From a virus, in the IMG/VR virus record IMGVR_UViG_3300017971_007886, positions 1 to 64,000 of that record: DNA of 64,000 nt; one strand, written 5' to 3'. Below, in pieces: positions 27,925-37,421 of this stretch. The notes below the pieces were generated by a model. That model made no database searches. It worked only from the letters and a program-made list of their open reading frames with translations, and was not told the origin of the DNA. Position 1 is the first letter of the stretch, and each line of letters begins with the position of its first letter. Both the position numbers and the translations under genes were made by a program.

Positions 27925-28437
27925 ATGTTGCACAAGAAACCAGAACGTGAACGAACAGCACTTGAGATCGCCAGAGAGATTGACGGGTTCATGCAGGATG
28001 CGGCGGGCGATGCCGTGGACTACTTGGCCGGGCAGTTGTGTCGGTTGCCCTACAACCCGACCCAGAAGCAGGTCTTCGAGGTGTTCGAGTTCGACGGGTT
28101 CAAGCTCACCCAGAAGAGGATGCGCCAGGTGTGGTCGAATCTCCAGGGCACCATCCACCGTGACAAGTGGGACATGAGGGGGTGGCTCGCGGACGAGTGG
28201 TACTCCAGTCCTTGGAGTTGGACCGACTACGCAGGAGATCGACTCTGTGACGAGACGTACAAACAGGGTGATGCACTCCGCGATGCCGTGGTAGACCACT
28301 TGGCTGAGATGAACAGACACATGGCCCCGTGGGTGTGGCGCTATCTGAAGGGTGACGACAGTGCGCTGCCCAAGGAGCGGAAGCGAAAGAAGGACGAGGG
28401 CAGTGTGGTCCTCGTCCGCGACGAGGACTTCCGATGA
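27925..28437 (+). CDS. hypothetical early protein
   Basis: AACAAGGAG RBS; 170 aa. Confidence 0.55.
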   Translation: MLHKKPERERTALEIAREIDGFMQDAAGDAVDYLAGQLCRLPYNPTQKQVFEVFEFDGFKLTQKRMRQVWSNLQGTIHRDKWDMRGWLADEWYSSPWSWTDYAGDRLCDETYKQGDALRDAVVDHLAEMNRHMAPWVWRYLKGDDSALPKERKRKKDEGSVVLVRDEDFR

Positions 28438-28633
28438 GCAATCTGTCTATCCCACCGGACGTTTGGTTGTCCGAGCTATTCGAGAGCGAGTATTGCCCCG
28501 AGTGCGGTGGGGACGCCGAGCACCACGAGGCGATACCCGTTCTTGGGAATTGGTTTGCCAGGTGCAAGTACCCGTGCGACGACGAGGGTGTTCCGCACCC
28601 TGTCATTTTGAAGTTCAGAAAGGAGAACGAGTG

Positions 28634-28891
28634 ATGAGCAGGTTCTACGACGATGGCGATTACTACGACGAGGAATACTACGGCTACGATGAGGATGGAG
28701 ACCTCATCGACGGAGTAGGCTTTGCCGACCCTGGTGGACGGTCTGCCCTTCGGGCGGCTACCCCTGACAACCCCCGAGACCAGGAGTGCCCAACGTGCGG
28801 GGCACAGAACGTCCTGACTCGGATCGACAGACAGCGCGGCTACCAGTGTGACCGGTGCGCCGACAGAGCTGAGATGGGGATGGACTACTGA
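28634..28891 (+). CDS. Zn-ribbon hypothetical protein
   Basis: AAGGAG RBS; CPTCG...YQCDRC. Confidence 0.55.
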   Translation: MSRFYDDGDYYDEEYYGYDEDGDLIDGVGFADPGGRSALRAATPDNPRDQECPTCGAQNVLTRIDRQRGYQCDRCADRAEMGMDY

Positions 28892-29351
28892 TGGGGCACT
28901 GGGTCAACGGAGTTTGTGACGTGTGCGGGAAGACTCGCAGCGTCGAGGTGATGTCATACACCGAGCCTGATGGCACGTCAGATCAGGTCGCCGTGTGTTT
29001 CATCTGCCAGAAGGAGACGGAGCGCAAGTCGCGAAAGGACGAAGCGGAGTACATGGCTCAGTACAAGGAAGAGCCCGACCCTGGCTACGACCCGGATGAG
29101 GTCGAGGATGCTTGGGACGATGCGGCCCGGAGGTATGGAAATGAAAACGGGAACGCAGAGTAGTAGCCGTCTCCAGAAGGACATGCGTGCCAAGACGCAT
29201 TTGGACCGGTGCCGTCATTGCGGGGCACAACAGAACAAGCGGACCAACTTGGTAGGGGTCACGCAACACGACAAGGAAGGGAGGTGTTTCAGACTGAGAG
29301 TTGAGAGGCAGTACCTAGGAACGAACTTTGAACCAGAAACGGAGATGAACG

Positions 29352-29582
29352 ATGGCAATAACGAACAAGGCCCTGGCCAGGCAGTATGAGAAACGTGCCC
29401 AAGCCGAACGAGACGCAGGTGGATTCTGCGTGGTCACGGCGAACATGCCCTGTATCGAGCTGAAGTTGTCCGATGGGTCGGAATACTTCTTCCAGGGTGA
29501 GGAGGCAGAGAACCTTTTGAGCGAGGTACCGGATTGGATCTATCCAGACGACTACCTCTTGGCCATGGCACAGAACTGGTAA
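29352..29582 (+). CDS. hypothetical protein
   Basis: GGAG RBS; 76 aa. Confidence 0.5.
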   Translation: MAITNKALARQYEKRAQAERDAGGFCVVTANMPCIELKLSDGSEYFFQGEEAENLLSEVPDWIYPDDYLLAMAQNW

Positions 29583-29602
29583 CCATTAACAAGGAGAGAA
29601 CG

Positions 29603-30082
29603 ATGCTACAGATCGAAGACAAAGAGTACCATGGGCAAGTGTTGGCGAAGGCCAAGGAGATGGGCGGCGATTGGCTGGAGCGCCTTTCGGAACGTCTCAA
29701 CTACCTTGGCAACTACTCGTGCCATGATGGTGACACGGAGCGAACACGGTGTAGGCTGTTCAGTGACTTCGCCCCACTGTCGTACTACTTCATCATGGAG
29801 CTACGGGTGGAGGTACGCGACCGTGAGTGTCTGTCGTGCGGTCACAAGTTCACGGCAAAGGTGGTACGTGAGAAGCCCACGCCGAACATCAGCGGGGAGG
29901 CAACCGTGTGGTGCGAGCGGTGTGGTGCCAAGACGTGTGGCGAGCCCATTCGGCAGGAGTACCAGGAGTGGTTCAACGGTGGGCTCATCTTCCACGGGCC
30001 ACATGACAACGGAGGCGATGGAGGGGCACCGACGTTCTCGGTCAACCTCATGCCCAGCCATGGCTGGAACATTCACACTTGA
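29603..30082 (+). CDS. DUF4120-like protein with inserted Zn ribbon
   Basis: DFAPLSYYF...NGGLIFHG...GWNIHT interrupted by CLSC/CERC. Confidence 0.55.
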   Translation: MLQIEDKEYHGQVLAKAKEMGGDWLERLSERLNYLGNYSCHDGDTERTRCRLFSDFAPLSYYFIMELRVEVRDRECLSCGHKFTAKVVREKPTPNISGEATVWCERCGAKTCGEPIRQEYQEWFNGGLIFHGPHDNGGDGGAPTFSVNLMPSHGWNIHT

Positions 30083-30108
30083 GAACAACTAACAAGGAGC
30101 AAAGAACA

Positions 30109-30564
30109 ATGAGTTTCAAACACACATGCACCATCGAGAACGCCCCGCGATTCGCAGAGTGGATCAAGACCCGAGGCGGTGTCGCAGTCTGGCGTTCGGT
30201 CAACCTTTCCAATCCAGGCGCGTCGTGGAGTACCCCCGCACTCACTGTCGAGGGTGAGCCGACGCCCAAGCCCACCTGGCAGGCCGACTCTCAGCCGGAG
30301 TCGGTATTCACTGACCCCGCAGACATCGGGGTATCCATCGACAAAGAGGTCAAACGCTTTCACGTCGCGGTACGCCCTGGGAGTAATGGGCTCTCCCTCA
30401 AGGTGAGCGACGGCGGATCGCGGAGGATTCGCAAAGAGGTTGAGAAGGCGGGCGAGGGGGCATACCACGTCTTCGACTACTACGACTACGACAACGCAGT
30501 CATCATGGCCCCTGCGGGCGAGTCCGTCTCCCTCAAGCAATGGATGGAGGACAACAATGTGTGA
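30109..30564 (+). CDS. hypothetical early protein
   Basis: AACAAGGAG RBS. Confidence 0.55.
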   Translation: MSFKHTCTIENAPRFAEWIKTRGGVAVWRSVNLSNPGASWSTPALTVEGEPTPKPTWQADSQPESVFTDPADIGVSIDKEVKRFHVAVRPGSNGLSLKVSDGGSRRIRKEVEKAGEGAYHVFDYYDYDNAVIMAPAGESVSLKQWMEDNNV

Positions 30565-31150
30565 GGCAACATTGAAGATCGTCCACGACGATGATGCCGA
30601 GGCGCACAATCCTCGCCAGTGGGACAACCTTGGAACGATGGTGTGTTGGCACGATAGGTACAAGTTGGGGGATGAGCAACCATCATGTACTCCAGAGGAA
30701 TGGATGCTGGAGGAGGTGCCACGAGGCGCGGTTTGTCTGCCGCTGTTCTTGTACGACCATAGCGGGATCACAATGAGGTGTTCTCCCTTCGAGTGCAAGT
30801 GGGACAGCGGACAAGTGGGGTACATCTACACCACGCCAGAGAGAATCAAAGAGGCGTTTGCACTCAAAGATAGTGGCGTGGTGAAGACTGGTAGCAAACT
30901 CCACAAACGGGTCACGTCCTGTTTGGTCTCGGAGGTGGCTGTCTACGACCAGTTCCTTCGAGGAGCCATCTGGGGGTACATGGCAGAGCGGCCAAAGGAG
31001 AAGTGCCCAACGTGTGGGCACGTCAAGGAGTACGAGGAGGATTCCTGCTGGGGATTCTTCGGTGACTCTTTGGAGGAGACTGGCATCCGAGACCATGTGC
31101 CCAAGTGGGCCGAGCCCCTTCTCGAACAGGCATGGGAGGACAGACAATGA
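30557..31150 (+). CDS. conserved phage/plasmid hypothetical protein
   Basis: NPRQWDNLG, LYDHSG, WDSGQVG, DSCWGF motifs. Confidence 0.6.
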   Translation: MCEATLKIVHDDDAEAHNPRQWDNLGTMVCWHDRYKLGDEQPSCTPEEWMLEEVPRGAVCLPLFLYDHSGITMRCSPFECKWDSGQVGYIYTTPERIKEAFALKDSGVVKTGSKLHKRVTSCLVSEVAVYDQFLRGAIWGYMAERPKEKCPTCGHVKEYEEDSCWGFFGDSLEETGIRDHVPKWAEPLLEQAWEDRQ

Positions 31151-31624
31151 AGACGCACATGCGAGATATACGATTGAGGAACAATGCGGGCATCGACTTT
31201 CCCGTGTGTTGCCGGAACGCACCCGCGTTGGACCTAGACAAGTCGAGGTACCCCACCACTGGCAACATCAAAGAGGTGGATTGTAAACGGTGCCTCAAGT
31301 CATTCCCACGGCTATACCCGTGGGCGAGCGGGAGGTGACATGGACTTCATGCTCAACGTCCAGGGCCGGTACGTCTGTTGGGATAGCTACCGTGCCGTGT
31401 GGTACCTCGGACCCAAGCGGTTGTCGGAGTGGTTCGCTGCCGACTTTCGGAATGGGAGAGTAGGTGCCAGAGCGGAGAAGGCTTTGGAGTGGTTCCCCAC
31501 TGCCAAGGCGGTGTGGAGGAGAAGCTGATGTTCTACCTCCCACAAACAAACAGAGAGTGGCTCCAGTTCTTCTGGGGCATGTTCAAGTGGAAGTACCTAG
31601 GAACTACTAACAAGGAGAACAGCA

Positions 31625-32521
31625 ATGAAGAAGTTCAGAGTGATCGGAAAAGAGTGGTGCGAGATGGAGGCAAAGTTGACCTACACCGATGGGAAGACTC
31701 GACTCAGCATTACCGGAACAGCGGGGACTGTGATCCCTAAGAGAAGTGGCAAGAAGATGGCCCGCGAGTATTGGGAGGGCTTCTTCGAGGAGTGCCCCGA
31801 AGAGCTGGGCCGTATGGCGGTCGAGTATGGGAAACGGACACCGAGGTCGGCTGCCAACTACGTCCTCCAGGTGGATGGAGACTTCCATGGGCTCGATGTC
31901 CACAAGGACGAGGACGGGAAGCTGTACTTGGTACAGTGTTGTGGTCAGATTCGGGAGGAGTTGATTCGCTTCTTCCCTGACTGCGAGGAGTATCTGCCCT
32001 GGCACCTCAACGACATGAAGGCCGGGTGTGAGCACCAGGAGGCCCTTGGTTGGGGACACGGGTACACGGTGGCGCTGTCGCCCCAGGAGTTGACCCCTGC
32101 CCAGCGGGCGACCATCGAGGGCAGGGCCATGAGGGAGTGCGAGCGAATCCGTGAAAAGGAGTTCAAGGAGGATTGGGCTATCCTGATGAAGGACAAGCGG
32201 CGACGTACCAACTGGCTCCTCGAACTCAAGGGAGAAGGGAAGGTCACGTTGCACGATGTCGAGACCTTCGACACGCCCTGGCCCACGGCTGACAAGCGGA
32301 AGTTGGAGGCCGCGCTCCTCAGTCAGATCGAGGAGCGGATCAAGCCCGTCGAGTTCAAGGGCAAGGTGTACGAGAACAGTCTCGGTGCCCCGTGCCCAGA
32401 GTGTGGCTACGAATACGGTACCGCCTGGTTGTACCGAGAACTCCCTCCGCATGTGATTGCGTGGGCCAAGGGCGAGCCTCTTCCTCCGCACGTCGAGGTG
32501 GTTCGGAAAGGAGGCAAGTGA
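31625..32521 (+). CDS. conserved phage hypothetical protein
   Basis: CGQI, WHLNDMKAGCEHQ, CPECGYEYGTAW. Confidence 0.6.
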   Translation: MKKFRVIGKEWCEMEAKLTYTDGKTRLSITGTAGTVIPKRSGKKMAREYWEGFFEECPEELGRMAVEYGKRTPRSAANYVLQVDGDFHGLDVHKDEDGKLYLVQCCGQIREELIRFFPDCEEYLPWHLNDMKAGCEHQEALGWGHGYTVALSPQELTPAQRATIEGRAMRECERIREKEFKEDWAILMKDKRRRTNWLLELKGEGKVTLHDVETFDTPWPTADKRKLEAALLSQIEERIKPVEFKGKVYENSLGAPCPECGYEYGTAWLYRELPPHVIAWAKGEPLPPHVEVVRKGGK

Positions 32522-32714
32522 TGTTGGTAGTCAAAGTCGAAACAGACAACGCAGCGTTTGGTGAGACCGATGATGAGCTGCGGTACGAGGCGTCATACGT
32601 TCTCAGGAATATCGCTGACTGGATCGATGAGGGTTGTGACCTGCCTATGGGCAAGAAGGTCATGGACCACAACGGGAACACTATTGGCAAGGTCACTCTG
32701 AAGAAAGGAGATGT

Positions 32715-33512
32715 GTGATGGCTCGATTCTTCAGACTCGGTGGCGATGTCAACTGGTCAGACTATGGTGGCACATGGTACAGGCGAGTCGGTCCTGGTCG
32801 GTACCACATCATGGAGCTGATCAACTGGATTGAAGCGTGTGGGGAGCGTGAGGCAAAAGAGATTGGCGCGACCTACAACGTCTCGCTCTCCGAGGTAGAT
32901 GTGGCCGCCGCCTCGGACAAGGTGAAAGAGGAGGCAAAGCGTTCCTGCGGTTGGGAAGGAATGGAGGAGCAAGTCAACAACGTGGAACTGATGTGGGCCG
33001 AGGTGCTATTCCAGTACGGGTACAAGGCCCCGCTCTGGGACAAGAACGGAAACAACTACAGCCTTCTGATGAAGGAGGCAAGAGAGGAGTCAGCCTCTTT
33101 GGATGATCCCGAAGCCCATGAGGCTGCTATGAATCGACCGGTCAACAAGATTGGATCGACAGCCAGAGAGTTCATGCAGGGTGACTTCGCCTCTGCGATG
33201 GACCGTGGTGTTCGAGAAGGGCGCACTGACGCGAAGATCATGGCCAAGATGCACGGTGTACCCGACGATGTGATTGAGAAGGTCGAGGGTCAGCCGCTCT
33301 GTGTGGGCGTGTCGTTCAGCGTGAAGATGCGCGGGACGGATGCTGTACCAAGCGATGACCCTCTCGCGTTCACGATGGGGTACATGCACGCCCGCGCCGG
33401 TCAGGGTCTCGACCACGACAGAAAGGACTTGGCTTCCGAGTACGTTCGGGGGTATCAGCTCGGTGTAGACGTGAAAGCGGGACGTGCCCCTAAACCTGAA
33501 TGGCACAAGTGA
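32715..33512 (+). CDS. hypothetical protein
   Basis: GDVNWSDYGG N-terminal motif; AAGGAG RBS. Confidence 0.55.
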   Translation: MMARFFRLGGDVNWSDYGGTWYRRVGPGRYHIMELINWIEACGEREAKEIGATYNVSLSEVDVAAASDKVKEEAKRSCGWEGMEEQVNNVELMWAEVLFQYGYKAPLWDKNGNNYSLLMKEAREESASLDDPEAHEAAMNRPVNKIGSTAREFMQGDFASAMDRGVREGRTDAKIMAKMHGVPDDVIEKVEGQPLCVGVSFSVKMRGTDAVPSDDPLAFTMGYMHARAGQGLDHDRKDLASEYVRGYQLGVDVKAGRAPKPEWHK

Positions 33513-33718
33513 GAAGGAGTACGTTATGGATTACAAAGTCATGGCACCTGTCACCCTGGAGAATGGTTCGACAGCGTGGGTAGAGATAGGCAAAGGAGTC
33601 AAGGGACATCCTGGTCGCAACAAGTACGCCGCCAGGATGACGATCACTTCACTCCCGGTACACGCATCTGCGGGGAAGCCGTTCGACGTGTACCTCTTTG
33701 ACCGAGATGCAGAAGGAG

Positions 33719-34207
33719 ATGATGATGACCAATTCAATCGTTGATTCGATGGCACGTACACTGTGGGTGAGTACCTACGCAGATTGGTGGGACGAGGCCC
33801 CTGATGATGTTCAAGCAAAGTACCCAGGAGCGGGTGCGGGTGAGGACTGGATGGACGTAGCTCCAGGTGGTATTCCGTGCGATGTGGAAGACCAGGCGTG
33901 GAGACTCTGTGGCATGATCGAACAGGCCAACGGAATGGCCCTCGTCTGTTTGGCGGCGGCAGCCCACAGAGCGGAGAACGAAGGAGATGGCTGCGAACGT
34001 AGTTGGCACTTCGACAACGACTTCGGCCACTGCCTCGCCATGATGGCGATGGGCACTGGAGTCAGTTGGTACGACAACCACGCAAGGTTCTACCTGGACT
34101 CGTGGAGCGATGAGCAGAAGCGAGAGATGGTGGTACCGGCCATTGACATCGCGGGTGAGCTTGATATGGACGAGTGTGTCGATGAGGTTTGCCCGGAGGT
34201 ACCGTAG
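33719..34207 (+). CDS. hypothetical protein
   Basis: FGHCLAMMAMGTGVSWYD; AAGGAG RBS. Confidence 0.5.
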   Translation: MMMTNSIVDSMARTLWVSTYADWWDEAPDDVQAKYPGAGAGEDWMDVAPGGIPCDVEDQAWRLCGMIEQANGMALVCLAAAAHRAENEGDGCERSWHFDNDFGHCLAMMAMGTGVSWYDNHARFYLDSWSDEQKREMVVPAIDIAGELDMDECVDEVCPEVP

Positions 34208-34381
34208 CAGTACATGAGGGGTACTGACGGGGTACTTTTCTATTGACTGCCCCTAGGTGGTTTGATAGGTGTACCCCGTCAATCCCGAATCAAGATCGTA
34301 AACCAAATGGACATGCCAGCACTTGTAATGGTACTCGTGTTGGCAGACCGAACCAAGGCCCAAGTGGTCAAGGAGAGAGCA

Positions 34382-35206
34382 ATGAACAAGAAGGACATCG
34401 AAGAAGCTGTTGCGAACGGTATCTCGGAAGGAATGGCCGAGGTCGTCTCTACGCTGGTAGAGATTCGTGACGCCATTGGTACAGCGGGGTGGGGCGGAGA
34501 CAAACCTGCCGCGCCCGCTGACGAAGAGGAGCCCGAGGAACCGGAAGAGGTCGAAGAGGAGGCAGAGGAGCCCGAAGAGGAAGAGGCGGCAAGCGGGGAG
34601 TTCAACCTCGGTGACGAGGTGGTCGCGTACTTGGCTGACGAAGAGGGGAACGCTGACTGGTACGAGTCCGAGATTGTCGCTATGAACAGCGAAGGCGAGT
34701 TCACCATCAAGACGCAGGATGGTGACGAGATTCCTGGCGTGGGGCCAGGGTACTTGGCTGCCCCCGAGGATGAGGATCGTATCCTCGCAATCGAGGGCGG
34801 TGAGTTGGATGAGGAAGAGGCTCCAGAGGAGGAGCCCGAAGAAGAGGAACCCGAAGAAGAGGAACCCGAAGAGGAGGAAGAGGAAGTGGCTACCAAGAAG
34901 ACCAAGAAGAAGACCTCGAAGAAGGCCACCAGCAAGAAGGAGACCGCCTCCAAGAAGGACAAGGCCGCCGAGGAGGCCGCAAAGGAGAAAGCGCGGAAGG
35001 CCAAGCGAACTCGGCTCGCGAAGGGTGTTCCCTACACCAAGGAACAGTTGCAGAGCGACAAGTTCAAGCGACAAGACCTGGTGATGTTGGCCTCGTACAT
35101 CAACGAGGTCGCAGGGAAGAAGGTCATCAAGAACCCACTGGCGAAACAGGCGTTGCTGATCAACTCGATCATCAAGTACCAGAAGGTACTGAAGAAGGGC
35201 AAGTAG
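34382..35206 (+). CDS. acidic protein with Tudor-like beta domain and basic C-terminus
   Basis: AGGAGAG RBS; poly-E tracts around FNLGDEVVAY...WYESEIV...FTIK; K-rich tail; TTGACT at 34243. Confidence 0.65.
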   Translation: MNKKDIEEAVANGISEGMAEVVSTLVEIRDAIGTAGWGGDKPAAPADEEEPEEPEEVEEEAEEPEEEEAASGEFNLGDEVVAYLADEEGNADWYESEIVAMNSEGEFTIKTQDGDEIPGVGPGYLAAPEDEDRILAIEGGELDEEEAPEEEPEEEEPEEEEPEEEEEEVATKKTKKKTSKKATSKKETASKKDKAAEEAAKEKARKAKRTRLAKGVPYTKEQLQSDKFKRQDLVMLASYINEVAGKKVIKNPLAKQALLINSIIKYQKVLKKGK

Positions 35207-35534
35207 CCTGTGAGCCCCTTCACTGATTGGCTCAAGCCTGACAAGGTAGAGTCCTTCAAAGCCGACTACGAGGGCATCGTGTGTGAGGCGCGGTGCCCTT
35301 GTGGTGCGGTTACCCCGATCCTCTTTCAACAGGGTACCGAGGAATTGGATACGCTACTGAGTCATGGTCTCGTGATCGACGTTGAAGTGCAATGTTACTC
35401 GTGTGACCAAACTCTGTCCTACCGCACCAGTGAGACTGCGCCAGTGGTGTGGGATTCGAGGAAGCACGAACTGAACCAGTAACCATTAACCCTTGGGTAC
35501 TCAGCGCACGGGTACTCAGGATCGGAGGGAGGAC

Positions 35535-36083
35535 ATGAGGAAGCTCAGTCCCAGGGAGTACCGCGAGGTACTTTATGAAAGGGAGGTGTACCGTTCCCGA
35601 ATTTATGCCCCGCCCACACGGAAGCAACTGAATCTGTACCGGAAGCCCGGTTGTGGCTTCAACCAACAACTCTACCGACAACCAGAGAACACCAAGCGGT
35701 TGGCTCCGAGGAAGTACAAGCCGAAGATCAAGCCGCGACAGGGGTACCTGGCAGACTACGTGACTCGAACCACGGTCGCCTTCGCAAACGACAATGGCGG
35801 TGAGTGGTACGTGTCCTACGCTGGATACCAGGTGGCGATCCTCGAACGTCTGTTCTACGAGGAGAAGGCCCCCAGCATGTTGTACGAGGTCGTCGGCGGG
35901 ATCTTCGCCCATCCGTTGCTGGAGGACGAAGGTATCGTTTTCATCCAGTTGTCGAGACTGGACGCACTGGTGGAGGTGTGCCTCGAAGACCTGCGCGTGT
36001 CCCTGCAAGGCCAGGTGTCATTGGCCGATGTCCTGGCCGCAGGCGGCGAATCGGTGTTCCAATTCAGGCCACAGGCATCGTGA
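35535..36083 (+). CDS. hypothetical protein
   Basis: GGAGG RBS. Confidence 0.5.
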   Translation: MRKLSPREYREVLYEREVYRSRIYAPPTRKQLNLYRKPGCGFNQQLYRQPENTKRLAPRKYKPKIKPRQGYLADYVTRTTVAFANDNGGEWYVSYAGYQVAILERLFYEEKAPSMLYEVVGGIFAHPLLEDEGIVFIQLSRLDALVEVCLEDLRVSLQGQVSLADVLAAGGESVFQFRPQAS

Positions 36084-36136
36084 CCCATTTTGGGTATTGA
36101 CACTCGAAACAATTATCTGATGAAAGGTAAAGCACA

Positions 36137-37111
36137 ATGAAGACATTCACGCAACAAGAACTTGAGAAGATGAGCCTTTTGGAGATCCGAAAGGTTGCCC
36201 GCAAATTGGGAATCACTGACATCGCTGGTAAGCGACAGAACGAAATCGTCAGGAAGATTCTAACCAAGCAAAAGCCCGGTGGCGTGGACCCACGGGTGAA
36301 GCCGAAGGAGGCTGCGGCGGCCAAGAAGAAGACCAAGGCCGAGCCCAAGCCCAAGGCTGCGAAGAAGACCAAGGCCAAGACCAAGGCTGCTCCAAAAGAG
36401 GACATCGAAGAGCCAACGTTCTCTGGTACACTGGAGCAGAGGGTGGCGCGAATCGAGATGGCCTTGGTGGGGGCAGGGATCATGGATGCGAAGATGGACA
36501 AGAAGAAGCCAGCAACGAAGACGCCGCCCAGCGTGGAGCAAGCGGTATTGCCGAGTGAGTGGTTCGACGAGGATGGGAATCTCTCGCTCACGCCAGAGGA
36601 CATCGAGTCGATGAACTTCGATTCCATCCTGGCAGTCAACAACCTCTTGGGTGACTACGCCGCCGACATCCCTGAGTCGCAAAGGAAGACGCCACGACTC
36701 GCGAGGATGCGGTTGGTTCAGGCACTCAGGAAGATCGGTGATGTCGAACAAGGGGAGGGTGACGACGAGCCAGAAGAGGAAGGTGAGCTGGTGGAAATCG
36801 AGCCCAACGAAGAAAGCCCGTTCCCGCCCGAGGAGGTCGGAGACCAGTGCTACATCAAGGACGAGAAAGGCCGGTGGTTTGCGGGGCTCGTCGTTGACAT
36901 CTCCGAGAAGGATGGAGAGCCCTGGTACCTCATTCGCTACACCGTTGGCGATGCGGTGATCGAGGAAGAGGTCGATGTCGAGGAGCTGAAGCCTTGGGAG
37001 CCCGACGAGGAGGAAGAGGCAGAGGACGAGGAAGGCGAAGAGGAAGAGTACGAAGAAGAGGACGAGGCTGAAGAGGAAGAAGAAGAGTACGAAGAAGACG
37101 AAGACGAGTAG
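36137..37111 (+). CDS. Rho-N-like + Tudor/SH3-like protein with poly-acidic tail
   Basis: ELEKMSLLEIRKVARKLGI..KRQNEIVRKI; VGDQCYIK..WFAGLVV..WYLIRY; TTGACA at 36098. Confidence 0.65.
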   Translation: MKTFTQQELEKMSLLEIRKVARKLGITDIAGKRQNEIVRKILTKQKPGGVDPRVKPKEAAAAKKKTKAEPKPKAAKKTKAKTKAAPKEDIEEPTFSGTLEQRVARIEMALVGAGIMDAKMDKKKPATKTPPSVEQAVLPSEWFDEDGNLSLTPEDIESMNFDSILAVNNLLGDYAADIPESQRKTPRLARMRLVQALRKIGDVEQGEGDDEPEEEGELVEIEPNEESPFPPEEVGDQCYIKDEKGRWFAGLVVDISEKDGEPWYLIRYTVGDAVIEEEVDVEELKPWEPDEEEEAEDEEGEEEEYEEEDEAEEEEEEYEEDEDE

Positions 37112-37118
37112 CTGACGC

Positions 37119-37156
37119 GAGGGGCGGGTGCCTGTCATGGGTACCCGCCTCTTTGT
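37119..37156 (+). terminator. intrinsic terminator
   Basis: GGCGGGTGCCT/GGGTACCCGCC stem followed by TCTTTGT. Confidence 0.55.
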
Positions 37157-37421
37157 GTGCTTGGAGGTTGAGATGCGATGGAGACCGAACGATGGGTAGC
37201 CTAGCACCACGGAGCCGGAAGGGTTTCATGGTGCTGATGAATGTGCCGATGCCCAAGAGCGGGCGTTGCATGTTCTGTAAACGTACTGTCCCAATTAAGG
37301 CCAAAGTCATAAGCTGTGATCATGCCCCACCTACTGGATTCGCCTGTGCTGAGTGTACTCGCCAGCGATTCCTTCCTACCGATGGCTCGCCCGAGCCCGA
37401 CTTCTTCCGAAAGAGCTAACG

